A stretch of DNA of 64,000 nucleotides. It comes from an uncultured virus (IMG/VR IMGVR_UViG_3300042868_010712) (taxonomy: Duplodnaviria > Heunggongvirae > Uroviricota > Caudoviricetes). The notes under the pieces are model-generated. The model made no database searches, was not told the origin of the DNA, and saw only the letters and a list, made by a program, of their open reading frames with translations. Where the stretch lies: IMG/VR virus record IMGVR_UViG_3300042868_010712, positions 1 to 64,000 of that record. One strand, given 5' to 3'. A program made the translations under genes and the position numbers. Each line of letters opens with the position of its first letter. Position 1 is the stretch's first letter. Shown one piece after another: positions 40,693 to 49,904 of the stretch.

Positions 40693-41256
40693 ATGTCAAC
40701 ACATACAGAAGAAGACGTACATGTAGAGTGGGTGCATGGAGGCAAACACTATAAGAAAAGGAAAAGCCTACCGTCACTTAATTCTCCAGAAGAGTTTTTC
40801 ACTAACGCTTTAAGAGAGAATAAAGCTATAATTGTTAAAGCTTTTAATATAAGGAAAAGTAAATCTAGTATATCTCGATATACTATAAATCTAATTGTAG
40901 GATATAGGCAGGATTTTGAGTTTAAAGACCCCAAAATATTCATAAACTACTGGAGATTGTGGCCATATGCTACTCCTCCAGAAGAGACTATGATTGCTTC
41001 TAGGTACCTGCCGTCACCATTCAGTAATATTCACGCAATTCTACCTTGCAGTAAATTTACACATAATGGACAACCTGTATCAGAGTATCTTAGAGCACCT
41101 CGAGTAAGTTTATTTCCCAGATATGGTGATGCATACGTATATAATCTTGACGCTAGTATTAACTCAGACGACCTTGCTAGCTGGATGCCTATAGTTAATC
41201 TGGCTGTTCAAAAAGTTCACAAACAGTTTGTGGATGAGAACGGTGAGATTGTATAA
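40693..41256 (+). CDS. Hypothetical protein
   Basis: 187-aa ORF. Confidence 0.6.
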   Translation: MSTHTEEDVHVEWVHGGKHYKKRKSLPSLNSPEEFFTNALRENKAIIVKAFNIRKSKSSISRYTINLIVGYRQDFEFKDPKIFINYWRLWPYATPPEETMIASRYLPSPFSNIHAILPCSKFTHNGQPVSEYLRAPRVSLFPRYGDAYVYNLDASINSDDLASWMPIVNLAVQKVHKQFVDENGEIV

Positions 41257-41263
41257 TGCCTAT

Positions 41264-41812
41264 ATGAAGAGTAAAAAAGAAATACTAAAAGACGAGAAAG
41301 CTCCTGTACTGGTCTTGCTTGCGCTCGTAACTAAAGAATACGGTAAAGAGTGCTATGAGTGGGAACCTCTTGTTTTAAAAGCAGAACTGCAGGAAGATTT
41401 TGATGTAACTATCTCAGATTTGCAGTCAGATAAAATACAAGCAGGCATCACAATCTTAACCACAGATCAGTACGAAACAAACGTGCCTGTTTTTGAGACT
41501 CTCAACTATCTACTAAACAATCAGCCTGACGACCTGCAGGACTTTAATCCGCTTGAAGCAGAAGAGGTGATATGTGGATTAACAGAGGCGTATCTGATCC
41601 GAGGAGAAAAAATGCACTTCTCTCCTGAAATTAGGGTGTACACAGGATTAATATTTGAAGATTATGGTATGCACAAGCCGCCTACGTTGTTCCCTGAAGC
41701 CTTAATGAAAGAGCGCGACGGCAATGATGAAACCAAGAACGATGCTCTCCAAGAGTTGTTTGACGAAAAAATTAAACTTGTTAAAAAATACCTAGACAAT
41801 GCACAGCTATAA
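41264..41812 (+). CDS. Hypothetical protein
   Basis: ATG 41264 (MKSKKE) preferred; TATAAT lies 6 nt upstream. Confidence 0.65.
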   Translation: MKSKKEILKDEKAPVLVLLALVTKEYGKECYEWEPLVLKAELQEDFDVTISDLQSDKIQAGITILTTDQYETNVPVFETLNYLLNNQPDDLQDFNPLEAEEVICGLTEAYLIRGEKMHFSPEIRVYTGLIFEDYGMHKPPTLFPEALMKERDGNDETKNDALQELFDEKIKLVKKYLDNAQL

Positions 41813-42911
41813 TACACTTCTTGCAAATATTTATGAAAAGCCTAACGCTAAAAGGCTAGAGCATCTGTATAACATACTTTTTGAAACCATACCCACTACA
41901 GTAACCTTTTCTGATAGCTTTGAGATGGATTCTCTGAAAGCCATCGAAGAGCACTTTGACATCTTTACAAGTGACATAACAGTGGTAGGATCTAGGCTTG
42001 TAGAAGAAAACGTGTGGGTAGGTAAGAAGGGTACTTATAGAGATATACTGCTACATTCCTCGTATAGGTCTCCAGATGGAGATCATCCTATGCTGGGTTC
42101 AGTATTTGGTAGCAGTATTAAAAAAGAAGAGATCGATAGCTTGCATGTAAGTGTTAGAGCTGCATGTAAAGACAGAGAAGAGGCCAAGCTGTTATGCGAT
42201 CTTTTGTTACCGTTTAAACTGCAGCTTAAAAATAAGATTTACATGCTTACAGCTAGCTATGGAGATCTCAGCCTATCTCCGTTGCCCACAATGGATGTAA
42301 ACGGTAATTTAGCTCTAAACTATGGCTCAGAGTTCGAAGCTTTTCATGAAAAAATCATGGATAGCCTTAAAACAAAAACATCTGGGCTGTATCTGTTCAG
42401 CGGGCCTCCAGGTACAGGCAAATCATCTTACATCAAATATCTCACAACCTGCGATATCGGACGTAAGATAGTATACATCCCAGGAGGGATGATTGAACAG
42501 CTTGTATCTCCTGAGATGGTTCCGCTACTGGTCGAGAACAAGAATATTATTCTGGTAATCGAGGATGCTGAGAAAGCTTTAATCTCTAGAGAAGTATCAG
42601 CAAACACAGACATGGTACAGACTGTACTCAACCTTACATCAGGCTTCCTTGGCGATGCGGCTAATGTTTCTATCATTGCCACATTCAATACATCCAAGGA
42701 TAACATTGATTCTGCGCTACTACGTAAAGGTCGATTGAAGCTTAGTTATGAGTTTGATAAGCTCTCATTAGCGGACACTATCAATTTGGCTGAATCTCTA
42801 GGATTAAATACCTCCAAAATTACTGAAGGTATGACTCTTGCAGATATCTACCATATGGAAGAGCAGCCAGGCTATGAGAAGCCAGAAGAAAAGCGTGTAG
42901 GCTTTTTCTAA
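41799..42911 (+). CDS. AAA+ ATPase
   Basis: Walker A GPPGTGKS, Walker B ILVIEDAE, ALLRKGRL, C-terminal RVGF. Confidence 0.9.
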   Translation: MHSYNTLLANIYEKPNAKRLEHLYNILFETIPTTVTFSDSFEMDSLKAIEEHFDIFTSDITVVGSRLVEENVWVGKKGTYRDILLHSSYRSPDGDHPMLGSVFGSSIKKEEIDSLHVSVRAACKDREEAKLLCDLLLPFKLQLKNKIYMLTASYGDLSLSPLPTMDVNGNLALNYGSEFEAFHEKIMDSLKTKTSGLYLFSGPPGTGKSSYIKYLTTCDIGRKIVYIPGGMIEQLVSPEMVPLLVENKNIILVIEDAEKALISREVSANTDMVQTVLNLTSGFLGDAANVSIIATFNTSKDNIDSALLRKGRLKLSYEFDKLSLADTINLAESLGLNTSKITEGMTLADIYHMEEQPGYEKPEEKRVGFF

Positions 42912-42915
42912 GATA

Positions 42916-44631
42916 CTAGCTCTCCCTGCCGGCGCTACTGCTAGGTCCTGTAAGGCTTGAGTCGCCTATTACCATATAGGCAGCACATACCGCAAATACA
43001 AGGCTATGCATAGCGTCGTCAGGCTGCTTGGGGTGGTGATCGTAGATTAGCTCCTGTCCATACAAACCGTCTTTGACTTCAATGTATATGTTCAAGAGAT
43101 CTTGCATATATTCCGAAACTTCGCCCCAAGAAGGAAAAAGTATCTTGCCTGCTTTAATTTGCCTGATAACTAGAGATATCACATCAGATCTATGTAGAAC
43201 CCATCTGTTCTGCCTCCAGTCGTACACACCCGGCTCAAAGTGCTGAATCATTTTTGTTCTTCTATAGGCAGCCATTTGAGATCTGTTAGGGTCTGTAAGT
43301 TCACATAGTTTAATTCCCCTGATAGGATCAGGACCTGAGTCAGATACGCAAAAGGCGTTTACACTATTAGCGTGATCAGCTATGGCTCTAATGTGTGCCT
43401 CGTAATCAAACCCACGATATATTTTAGCAGAAATTATTTCGTAAACTCCATCTGAGCGTATTCCGCCCAGTGTAGCTACCGTTCTAGACTGCGCCATACT
43501 CACACCCCAATCCACCCCCATAGTATATGCAGTGTACCTAGCCTTATTTTTATTTAAGATAGCAAAATTATACTCATTACCGTCTACGTACTGTGATCCT
43601 AGCAAACATACTTTAACAAGTTCTTCTTGTGTGATTGGTTTTGACCCTATGTCATATGACAGCCCTAGAGTTTCATTCATAACCACTCTAAGCTCGTTTT
43701 TACCGCTATGTACTTTTTGATAAATTTCTTTCCACTCTTTAGGGTCCTCGTTGAAGTGAGGCAAGAGAGGCTGAGCTAGATGATAGCCGGTGATTAGATA
43801 ATCGCTAGGGTTCATGCTCACCCATTCACCATCTCGAGAGTTTAATACTTTTGAACACTTCGAACAGCTGAAACCGTGAGGCTGAATCATCTTCAGAGGA
43901 TCATTTCCTTCTGTAAGAGAATTCCAATGATTACAGCCTGTACACTTCATCATCCATTCAAGCTGATTGGATGTTTTCCACATTCTATGAATAGTATTTG
44001 TAGAATCAAGAGGCGTACCGGCAAAAATTTCCCTTTTATAAGGGCTCATGGCCATAGTTTCCTGAATAATAGGAATCTGGTCGTGCTGGATATCCTGGAC
44101 TTCATCATACACAACACAATCTATAGCAGGTCCACGAGTTCTGGTAGCATCGTCACTCACATAGCGAAACAAAACGCTGCTGTGCGTGTCATCCAATATC
44201 TTCTCAAACACATCATTCTTAAACCATCCTTTTACTAATAAATTTTTAATTTTTGGGCTCTCGAATCTTGGAGGAATATAGTTACTTGAAAAATACTTAG
44301 TAGTAAGCTCCTGAGGGCCGACATACATCATCTTGAAATAGTTCCAACGTATCAAATTAAGACAAATAAAATTACTTAAAAGTGTAGACTTAAGAGTCTT
44401 ACGGCTGCACTTTAATAAAAGTTTTTGAGGCATATTGTCATAAATATGCTTCAACATCGGGAAAGCATCTAGTTTCTGCAGCCGCCCTTCATTATCGTAC
44501 AGATAATTCTCGACAAAATGTGAAGGCGGAAGTACCGAAAATATTAATTGTCGAGCAATAAACGCTGACTTCGCATTGTTTTTGCGTAGCAGCTTTTCCA
44601 CAGTGTCCTTAATTGTAACATGATACGACAT
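42916..44631 (-). CDS. terL: Terminase large subunit (GpA-like, with Zn ribbon)
   Basis: CSRKTLKST Walker A, VYDEVQD Walker B, AGTP motif, CxxC...CxxC, nuclease GVDWG and PDDAMHS. Confidence 0.88.
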   Translation of the reverse strand: MSYHVTIKDTVEKLLRKNNAKSAFIARQLIFSVLPPSHFVENYLYDNEGRLQKLDAFPMLKHIYDNMPQKLLLKCSRKTLKSTLLSNFICLNLIRWNYFKMMYVGPQELTTKYFSSNYIPPRFESPKIKNLLVKGWFKNDVFEKILDDTHSSVLFRYVSDDATRTRGPAIDCVVYDEVQDIQHDQIPIIQETMAMSPYKREIFAGTPLDSTNTIHRMWKTSNQLEWMMKCTGCNHWNSLTEGNDPLKMIQPHGFSCSKCSKVLNSRDGEWVSMNPSDYLITGYHLAQPLLPHFNEDPKEWKEIYQKVHSGKNELRVVMNETLGLSYDIGSKPITQEELVKVCLLGSQYVDGNEYNFAILNKNKARYTAYTMGVDWGVSMAQSRTVATLGGIRSDGVYEIISAKIYRGFDYEAHIRAIADHANSVNAFCVSDSGPDPIRGIKLCELTDPNRSQMAAYRRTKMIQHFEPGVYDWRQNRWVLHRSDVISLVIRQIKAGKILFPSWGEVSEYMQDLLNIYIEVKDGLYGQELIYDHHPKQPDDAMHSLVFAVCAAYMVIGDSSLTGPSSSAGRES

Positions 44632-44781
44632 AAACGTAATAATAAAAGCAAACCCAGAAAAGCCAAAAATGTAACAGAAGAGGTATTTAAAGTTGTAGAA
44701 TCGTCTTTCGACGCATTTCTCAGTATCTTCAATGGCGGCAATTCTGACAAGAAAAAATATTATAGAGTCTACAAAGATTGA
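44620..44781 (+). CDS. Small basic hypothetical protein (53 aa, not in ORF track)
   Basis: MIRHKRNNKSKPRKAK...; overlaps the terminase start head-to-head. Confidence 0.4.
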   Translation: MIRHKRNNKSKPRKAKNVTEEVFKVVESSFDAFLSIFNGGNSDKKKYYRVYKD

Positions 44782-44788
44782 CCTGCTA

Positions 44789-44797
44789 TGCTATAAT
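44789..44797 (+). promoter_or_regulatory. Extended -10 promoter
   Basis: TGCTATAAT, 10 nt before ATG 44808, at the head of the long + strand block. Confidence 0.55.
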
Positions 44798-44807
44798 AGC
44801 AGGTGTT

Positions 44808-44975
44808 ATGAGTAGAACTATTAGAAAATATCAGGTCAGAGATAAACGAAATCGGTATAAGCAGATCGAACGTCAAAAGCTGGAAGACCAGTATTATACA
44901 GATGTAGCAAAATCGCATGACAGAAAAATCCGTAAAAAGGGTCTTCGAGAAGAAGAATCCGACGAACAGCAGTGA
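44808..44975 (+). CDS. Small basic hypothetical protein
   Basis: MSRTIRKYQVRDKR... directly after the promoter. Confidence 0.45.
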   Translation: MSRTIRKYQVRDKRNRYKQIERQKLEDQYYTDVAKSHDRKIRKKGLREEESDEQQ

Positions 44976-45507
44976 TATAAGTAATATAAAAAGAGGGCGT
45001 GGAAGACCAAAGGGCGCCAAAAATAAACCAAAAGTTGAATCTGTTCCGACTGTAGCTAAAAAAAGAGGTCGGCCTAAGGGTTCAAAGAACAAAGTTAAAA
45101 CAAGCAGTTATCAGGAAATTCAAGTAAAAGGTAAGTACCTTAACCCTATAGCTTCGGCTAAACCTGAAATAGCTCGCATTCCTAAACCTCCAGGTAAAAG
45201 AGGAAGACCTAGGAAAAACGATAACCCACTAGCTGCGTCTTCAGTTAAAAAAGAAGAGCAGAAGGCTGAACTACCTACAACATCAGGTAATCATCCCTTA
45301 TTTCCAGCCGTAGCCTGGCTTGAAAAAAATATGCATCACAACGAGCTGCAATACTATCGCAGTCGTGCGCACAAAATAGGCTCAACCATACAGGTAGCCA
45401 TAGCTTCAGACATCCTGGGTTTCTTTAATGTTCAGGATGCGGAGATATGCAAACAAATCAAGAAAAACACATTCATCGCAAGCGTAACAAAACATGAACT
45501 GCATTAA
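44917..45507 (+). CDS. AT-hook DNA-binding protein
   Basis: Three AT-hooks: KRGRGRPKG, KRGRPKG, KRGRPRK. Confidence 0.8.
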   Translation: MTEKSVKRVFEKKNPTNSSDISNIKRGRGRPKGAKNKPKVESVPTVAKKRGRPKGSKNKVKTSSYQEIQVKGKYLNPIASAKPEIARIPKPPGKRGRPRKNDNPLAASSVKKEEQKAELPTTSGNHPLFPAVAWLEKNMHHNELQYYRSRAHKIGSTIQVAIASDILGFFNVQDAEICKQIKKNTFIASVTKHELH

Positions 45508-47083
45508 TAAAATCAAAAACTATCAAAGAGCCGGCTATTCTGGTGTATTCGTACTAACTCACGAAGAAGCCAGATTCATGCTCGAGCTTACAACTCTAAG
45601 CAACTTAGAGTATAATGCTCTCAACATTGTCGAATGGGACACACAGAAAGGCCTTCTATTCCGGTCAGGAAAAACTAAAATAGGGTTTCAAGAGGACACT
45701 ACTAAAAACACTAGCGATCTACTGGAATATATTCAAAATTATTCGCAGACCAATACAATCTTTGTGTTGAAAGATTTTCATCTGCATTTTGATAAAATTC
45801 TCAATATTCGTCTATTGAGGAACGCTTGGAATAACCTAAAGCGAATGGGTAATATGATTGTTTTTGTAGGGCATAAATACGCAGTACCCGGCGAGCTCCA
45901 AAAGGAGGTACAGCTACTAGACTATGACCTTCCAAATATAGAAGCACTTACCGAGAGGTTGATGTATATCAAAAGCTCGATTGATAAAGGCAGAGAAGAG
46001 GCAGGTAAGGCGCCTACTGAGCTTGATAACAGTATTATAGAGGCAGCAACGGAAGCTGCGAGAGGCATGACCAGCCTTGAGGCTGAGAACGCTTTTGCTT
46101 CCGCCTGGACAGAAACCGGAAAGTTTAATAGCGTTTTTGTTGAAGCAGTATTTAAAGAAAAAATTGCGCAGCTTAAAAAGAACGGATTATTGACCTACAT
46201 GGAGCCAAACATCAGCTTTGATAATGTTGGCGGCATGCAAGGCCTAAAAACCTGGCTAACTACTAGGAAAAAAGCGTACGCTAAAGAAGCTAGAGCATAC
46301 AATCTACCTTTACCTAAGGGTATGCTATTGGCCAGTGTTCCAGGTACTGGGAAAAGTCTGATTTGTAAGGCAATTGCTAAAGAGTTTGACTGTCCGCTGT
46401 TTGCTCTGGATATTGGTAGCGTATTTGATTCGCTTGTTGGTAGCAGCGAAAAGAATATGCGAGAGATCATTAAAACTGTTGAAAGCGTGGGTAAGTGTGT
46501 GATCTTGATTGACGAGATCGAGAAAAGCTTGAGTAACAGCGCAGTCAGTGGCTCTGGAGACAGTGGCGTAGGCAGCCGTATCTTCGGTACTTTCCTGAGC
46601 TGGCTAAATGACCGCACAAATCCTGCGTTCATTGTTGCCACCACGAACAACCACACACTGTTGCCTGCAGCATTGATCCGCAAGGGGCGTTTTGATCAAC
46701 TGTTCTGGGTAGACCTACCTACAGCAGAAGAGCGTAAAGAAATCTTCACTGTCGTGATTAATAAGTATAATAGAGATCCAAAAAACTTCTCTATTAAAAC
46801 TTTAGTAAACGGCTCTGAAAACTTTACAGGCGCCGAGATTGAAGAAGTGTTTAAAGACGCGCTATACAAAGCGTTTGATGCTGGTGAAGAAATTAATGAT
46901 AGCCATGTTATGGAGGTACTGTCGGAGTTTATTCCGTTCGCAGTGTCACATGAAGAAGATCTAAAGACGATGCGCAAGCAAGCGCAAGGTAAGCTAGTTA
47001 TGGTAAACAGTAAAGGTGATCCTATTGCCGACGTTCAGAAAAACATGAGAAAGCTGAGTATTGCAATCGGGGTAGAAGAGTAA
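45494..47083 (+). CDS. Ycf46-like AAA+ ATPase (degenerate N-terminal AAA plus active C-terminal AAA)
   Basis: THEEAR, FVLKDFH, VGGMQGLK.WL, SVPGTGKS, LIDEIEK, LIRKGRFD, FTGAEIE. Confidence 0.85.
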   Translation: MNCINKIKNYQRAGYSGVFVLTHEEARFMLELTTLSNLEYNALNIVEWDTQKGLLFRSGKTKIGFQEDTTKNTSDLLEYIQNYSQTNTIFVLKDFHLHFDKILNIRLLRNAWNNLKRMGNMIVFVGHKYAVPGELQKEVQLLDYDLPNIEALTERLMYIKSSIDKGREEAGKAPTELDNSIIEAATEAARGMTSLEAENAFASAWTETGKFNSVFVEAVFKEKIAQLKKNGLLTYMEPNISFDNVGGMQGLKTWLTTRKKAYAKEARAYNLPLPKGMLLASVPGTGKSLICKAIAKEFDCPLFALDIGSVFDSLVGSSEKNMREIIKTVESVGKCVILIDEIEKSLSNSAVSGSGDSGVGSRIFGTFLSWLNDRTNPAFIVATTNNHTLLPAALIRKGRFDQLFWVDLPTAEERKEIFTVVINKYNRDPKNFSIKTLVNGSENFTGAEIEEVFKDALYKAFDAGEEINDSHVMEVLSEFIPFAVSHEEDLKTMRKQAQGKLVMVNSKGDPIADVQKNMRKLSIAIGVEE

Positions 47084-47114
47084 ACAATAAACAAACAATT
47101 AAACAATAAATTAT

Positions 47115-48116
47115 ATGACAAACGAATATCAAGTAACTGAAACATTGCAGAAATATTATGACAAAGTTTTCCAAGACGGAAAGCTTGTAAATATTCACAT
47201 CGGTATGTGGGGAATGAGTTATAACCTCACAGAAGAGGACATTAAGCTCGATAACAAGCTACCAGATACTATCAAGCTGGGTAAGAAAATGCTTATCAAG
47301 CCTGCAGTATACAACAAGTTCAAGAACATTGAGCAAAAGATCCGTAAATATCTTTACGTTAATTCTTTTGATTTCCCTCTAGTAAGTCAGGCGCATTTTG
47401 TACCTAAGGCAAAGTATCTAGAGGTTTACACGACGCTAGATAAGATGCGCGTTGAATTCATGCAGATGGTTGACGAGTTCGTAGAAAAATACGAAGACTA
47501 TAAGAAGGAGGCTATCGCATATTACCAAGAGCATAAGGATACGGTTAGTGTAGACGATTTAGAAAAATACTATCCAGCTGCAGCTAATGTACGAAGCAAG
47601 TTTTACTTCGACATTGTATCTTTTGAAATTGCACTACCTGCTGAGTTTAAAGAACTCAATTTGCAGGACGAGATCAATCGAGAAATTGCTGGAAACGAGG
47701 CTAAGTCAAAGGCGCTTGAGAACTATAAAACTGAGTATGGTAAGCAGATCAGTACGCACATGGCAAAGATCAACGACTTTGTGGGTGAAGTCACAGCCAC
47801 ATTGCGTTCAAAGATCGTTGAGCATTGCTCTAAAGCCCTGGATAAAATAAACAAGAAAGAAGTTGTGTCTGAGTCTAGCATCAAGACATTGCTTAAGCAT
47901 ATTCAAGAGTTCAGAGATATGAACTTTGTTGACGACAAGGCCGTTGAGGCTGAGTTGGCTAAAGTTGAGCGTTTACTTGTAGGTAACCACGACTTTGATA
48001 AAGACAAGGACGCCATGGGTCTACTTCAGCAGCATCTGAACACTCTTGTAAAAGAGGCTGAGAGTCTGTCTGACGTAGCAAACGTTTCAGGTGAATATTT
48101 CAGGAAACTTGCATAA
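47115..48116 (+). CDS. DUF3150-like protein
   Basis: VNIHIGMWG...LGKKMLI.P...FVP pattern followed by long helices. Confidence 0.65.
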   Translation: MTNEYQVTETLQKYYDKVFQDGKLVNIHIGMWGMSYNLTEEDIKLDNKLPDTIKLGKKMLIKPAVYNKFKNIEQKIRKYLYVNSFDFPLVSQAHFVPKAKYLEVYTTLDKMRVEFMQMVDEFVEKYEDYKKEAIAYYQEHKDTVSVDDLEKYYPAAANVRSKFYFDIVSFEIALPAEFKELNLQDEINREIAGNEAKSKALENYKTEYGKQISTHMAKINDFVGEVTATLRSKIVEHCSKALDKINKKEVVSESSIKTLLKHIQEFRDMNFVDDKAVEAELAKVERLLVGNHDFDKDKDAMGLLQQHLNTLVKEAESLSDVANVSGEYFRKLA

Positions 48117-48119
48117 CCG

Positions 48120-48422
48120 ATGTATCCAGGAGACGATCAAAACGGAACAACTGACCCTCCATATTTTGACACCCTAACTGTCAAGTTTAGGGGAGACAAT
48201 TATGAGGTTGCATTACCATATTGCGAAGTAGCCAATGGCGAGATCACCGAGATAAATGACAAGGCTGTTAAGATAGCTTATTTAAAAGATGGAGTAAAAG
48301 ATACTCTGGTAATGTCACATCCTGATTTTGTCACAGTTATTGAAAAAGCATTCGATATCAAAGAAATCACAAAGCTGAGCATACAGCGCGCCAACAGCTA
48401 CGACACAATAAAAATATTATGA
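48120..48422 (+). CDS. Hypothetical protein
   Basis: 100 aa, coupled to the next gene. Confidence 0.6.
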   Translation: MYPGDDQNGTTDPPYFDTLTVKFRGDNYEVALPYCEVANGEITEINDKAVKIAYLKDGVKDTLVMSHPDFVTVIEKAFDIKEITKLSIQRANSYDTIKIL

Positions 48423-48808
48423 GTCATTCAGTAGACATCAAAACACAGTTCAAAAATACCAATAATCTACTTGCGCAGTTTAAAGCGCTTGGGTGGAGGA
48501 TTGAAATGAATACGAAGTGTACAACATATCCTAGCGATCCTCGCCGTGGAGAGATACACAAGTATGTAGCAAAAAATCCCAGTTCTATAGGATACGATGT
48601 GGGAGTTAACCTAGATAATGAGGGCAACGCCTACTTTGTGTGCGACTTCTATGATCGTAGCATCGAGCAGAGCTTGGGTAAAAACCTGCAGAAAGTCAAA
48701 CAGGGCTATGCACTCAGCGAAATCAAAAAGCGCTTGCGTGAAGAAGACCTGGAATATAAGGTAAGCGAACTACCTACAGGCGAGCTAATCGTGGTTGCTG
48801 AAAAATAA
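48419..48808 (+). CDS. DUF1257 (Ycf35)-like protein
   Basis: MSH..IKTQF...L..LG...YDVG...D.Y...QGYA pattern. Confidence 0.7.
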   Translation: MSHSVDIKTQFKNTNNLLAQFKALGWRIEMNTKCTTYPSDPRRGEIHKYVAKNPSSIGYDVGVNLDNEGNAYFVCDFYDRSIEQSLGKNLQKVKQGYALSEIKKRLREEDLEYKVSELPTGELIVVAEK

Positions 48809-48809
48809 T

Positions 48810-49010
48810 ATGTCTAAAAAAATAGTATTTAAAATTACTAAAGATGGCGATGTTGTAGTTGATAAAGTTGAAGGCTACGGATCGTCATGCCTTGAGGCTA
48901 CCAAGTTCATAGAAAAAGCCTTGGGTAAAGCAGATGAGTCTACTCGCAGAATGACTGAGGAATACGAAGAACCTATAAAGGTAGATAATTCTGAGCGTAT
49001 ACGCAATTGA
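48810..49010 (+). CDS. DUF2997-like protein
   Basis: IVFKI.KDG.V...VEG.G.SC..AT..IE.ALG...TEEY; ATG 48810. Confidence 0.7.
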   Translation: MSKKIVFKITKDGDVVVDKVEGYGSSCLEATKFIEKALGKADESTRRMTEEYEEPIKVDNSERIRN

Positions 49011-49270
49011 TGAAAACAGTCATATACGTAGACAAAGATGGCAACGTCAGCGGACTGGCTGACGATGTTATAGATAGATTGACTTCTCTAGGTGACAAGC
49101 AAGTAACCCGAGTATCTAACGTGGAATTTGACCATACAACACAGTTATGGTCAGCCACAGATCTCGATGGAGCAGTCATAGCTACAAGTCCAATCAGGAG
49201 CGAGGTAATCAATATGGAACGAGATTACCTAAATAAAAAAATAGAAGAGAGCTTCGCAGCTTCCCTCTAA
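49007..49270 (+). CDS. Small hypothetical protein, last gene of the AAA module
   Basis: 87 aa, TTGA overlap with the DUF2997-like gene, followed by a hairpin. Confidence 0.65.
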   Translation: MMKTVIYVDKDGNVSGLADDVIDRLTSLGDKQVTRVSNVEFDHTTQLWSATDLDGAVIATSPIRSEVINMERDYLNKKIEESFAASL

Positions 49271-49277
49271 ACCCACA

Positions 49278-49310
49278 TCAACCCTTCAGGTCCAATCCCT
49301 GTTGGGTTGA
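49278..49310 (+). terminator. Hairpin closing the AAA module
   Basis: TCAACCC..CAGG-loop-CCTG..GGGTTGA; the U-tract is weak and offset. Confidence 0.45.
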
Positions 49311-49320
49311 ACACTTTTAT

Positions 49321-49707
49321 ATGCAAAGACTATTAATTGAAATAATGTGCTGTGACAGCAAGCACGGCAGACACGCAGGAAAGGTAGTTGTAGTAGAGTT
49401 AAACTCTGATGACGAAATGTATAGAGTATTGACTCACAGCGTCAGAACTAACCCTCAAAAGCACCAGAGGAAAAAAATAGCCAGCAGGATACGATTACAG
49501 ACAGAGCACCAGGAAGCAGCCCTTAGCATGCATAAAGCTATTTTGCGGGAGAAACAAAAGGCAGGATTTAGGTTTTTAAGAAATGGAGAAAAGATAGCCG
49601 TACCAAACTTTAAAGATATTTTTAAACCTACTTTAAAAGCAAGAAAGGCTAAGCCTAAGCTTAGAGAAGTAAAACCAGAAGAACCAGCGTATAGAAAACT
49701 ATCATAA
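49321..49707 (+). CDS. Hypothetical protein, possibly WGR-domain-like
   Basis: Beta-strand N-terminus followed by EAAL..HKAILREKQKAGF, like the WGR C-terminal helix. Confidence 0.45.
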   Translation: MQRLLIEIMCCDSKHGRHAGKVVVVELNSDDEMYRVLTHSVRTNPQKHQRKKIASRIRLQTEHQEAALSMHKAILREKQKAGFRFLRNGEKIAVPNFKDIFKPTLKARKAKPKLREVKPEEPAYRKLS

Positions 49708-49712
49708 CTAAT

Positions 49713-49904
49713 ATGAGAAAATCAGGAAACAGAACATTTGCAAAAAATTTAAAACGCTTAAAGAGTAAAGGAGCGATGGCTGTGAAGTCAAATGGTACTC
49801 CTTTATTTTTGGGGTCGATAAGTAATATACCTAAAGGATTTTCGGCCGAATATACAGTAAAAATTAAATCAAGGGTAAATAAATATGAAATTTCTAGCAT
49901 TTAG
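49713..49904 (+). CDS. Small basic hypothetical protein
   Basis: 63 aa, fills the gap before the nuclease gene. Confidence 0.45.
   Translation: MRKSGNRTFAKNLKRLKSKGAMAVKSNGTPLFLGSISNIPKGFSAEYTVKIKSRVNKYEISSI

Noticed and set aside
49278..49310. CAGGTCCAATCCCTG resembling a tRNA T-arm
   Set aside because: No acceptor, D or anticodon arms; better explained as a simple hairpin.
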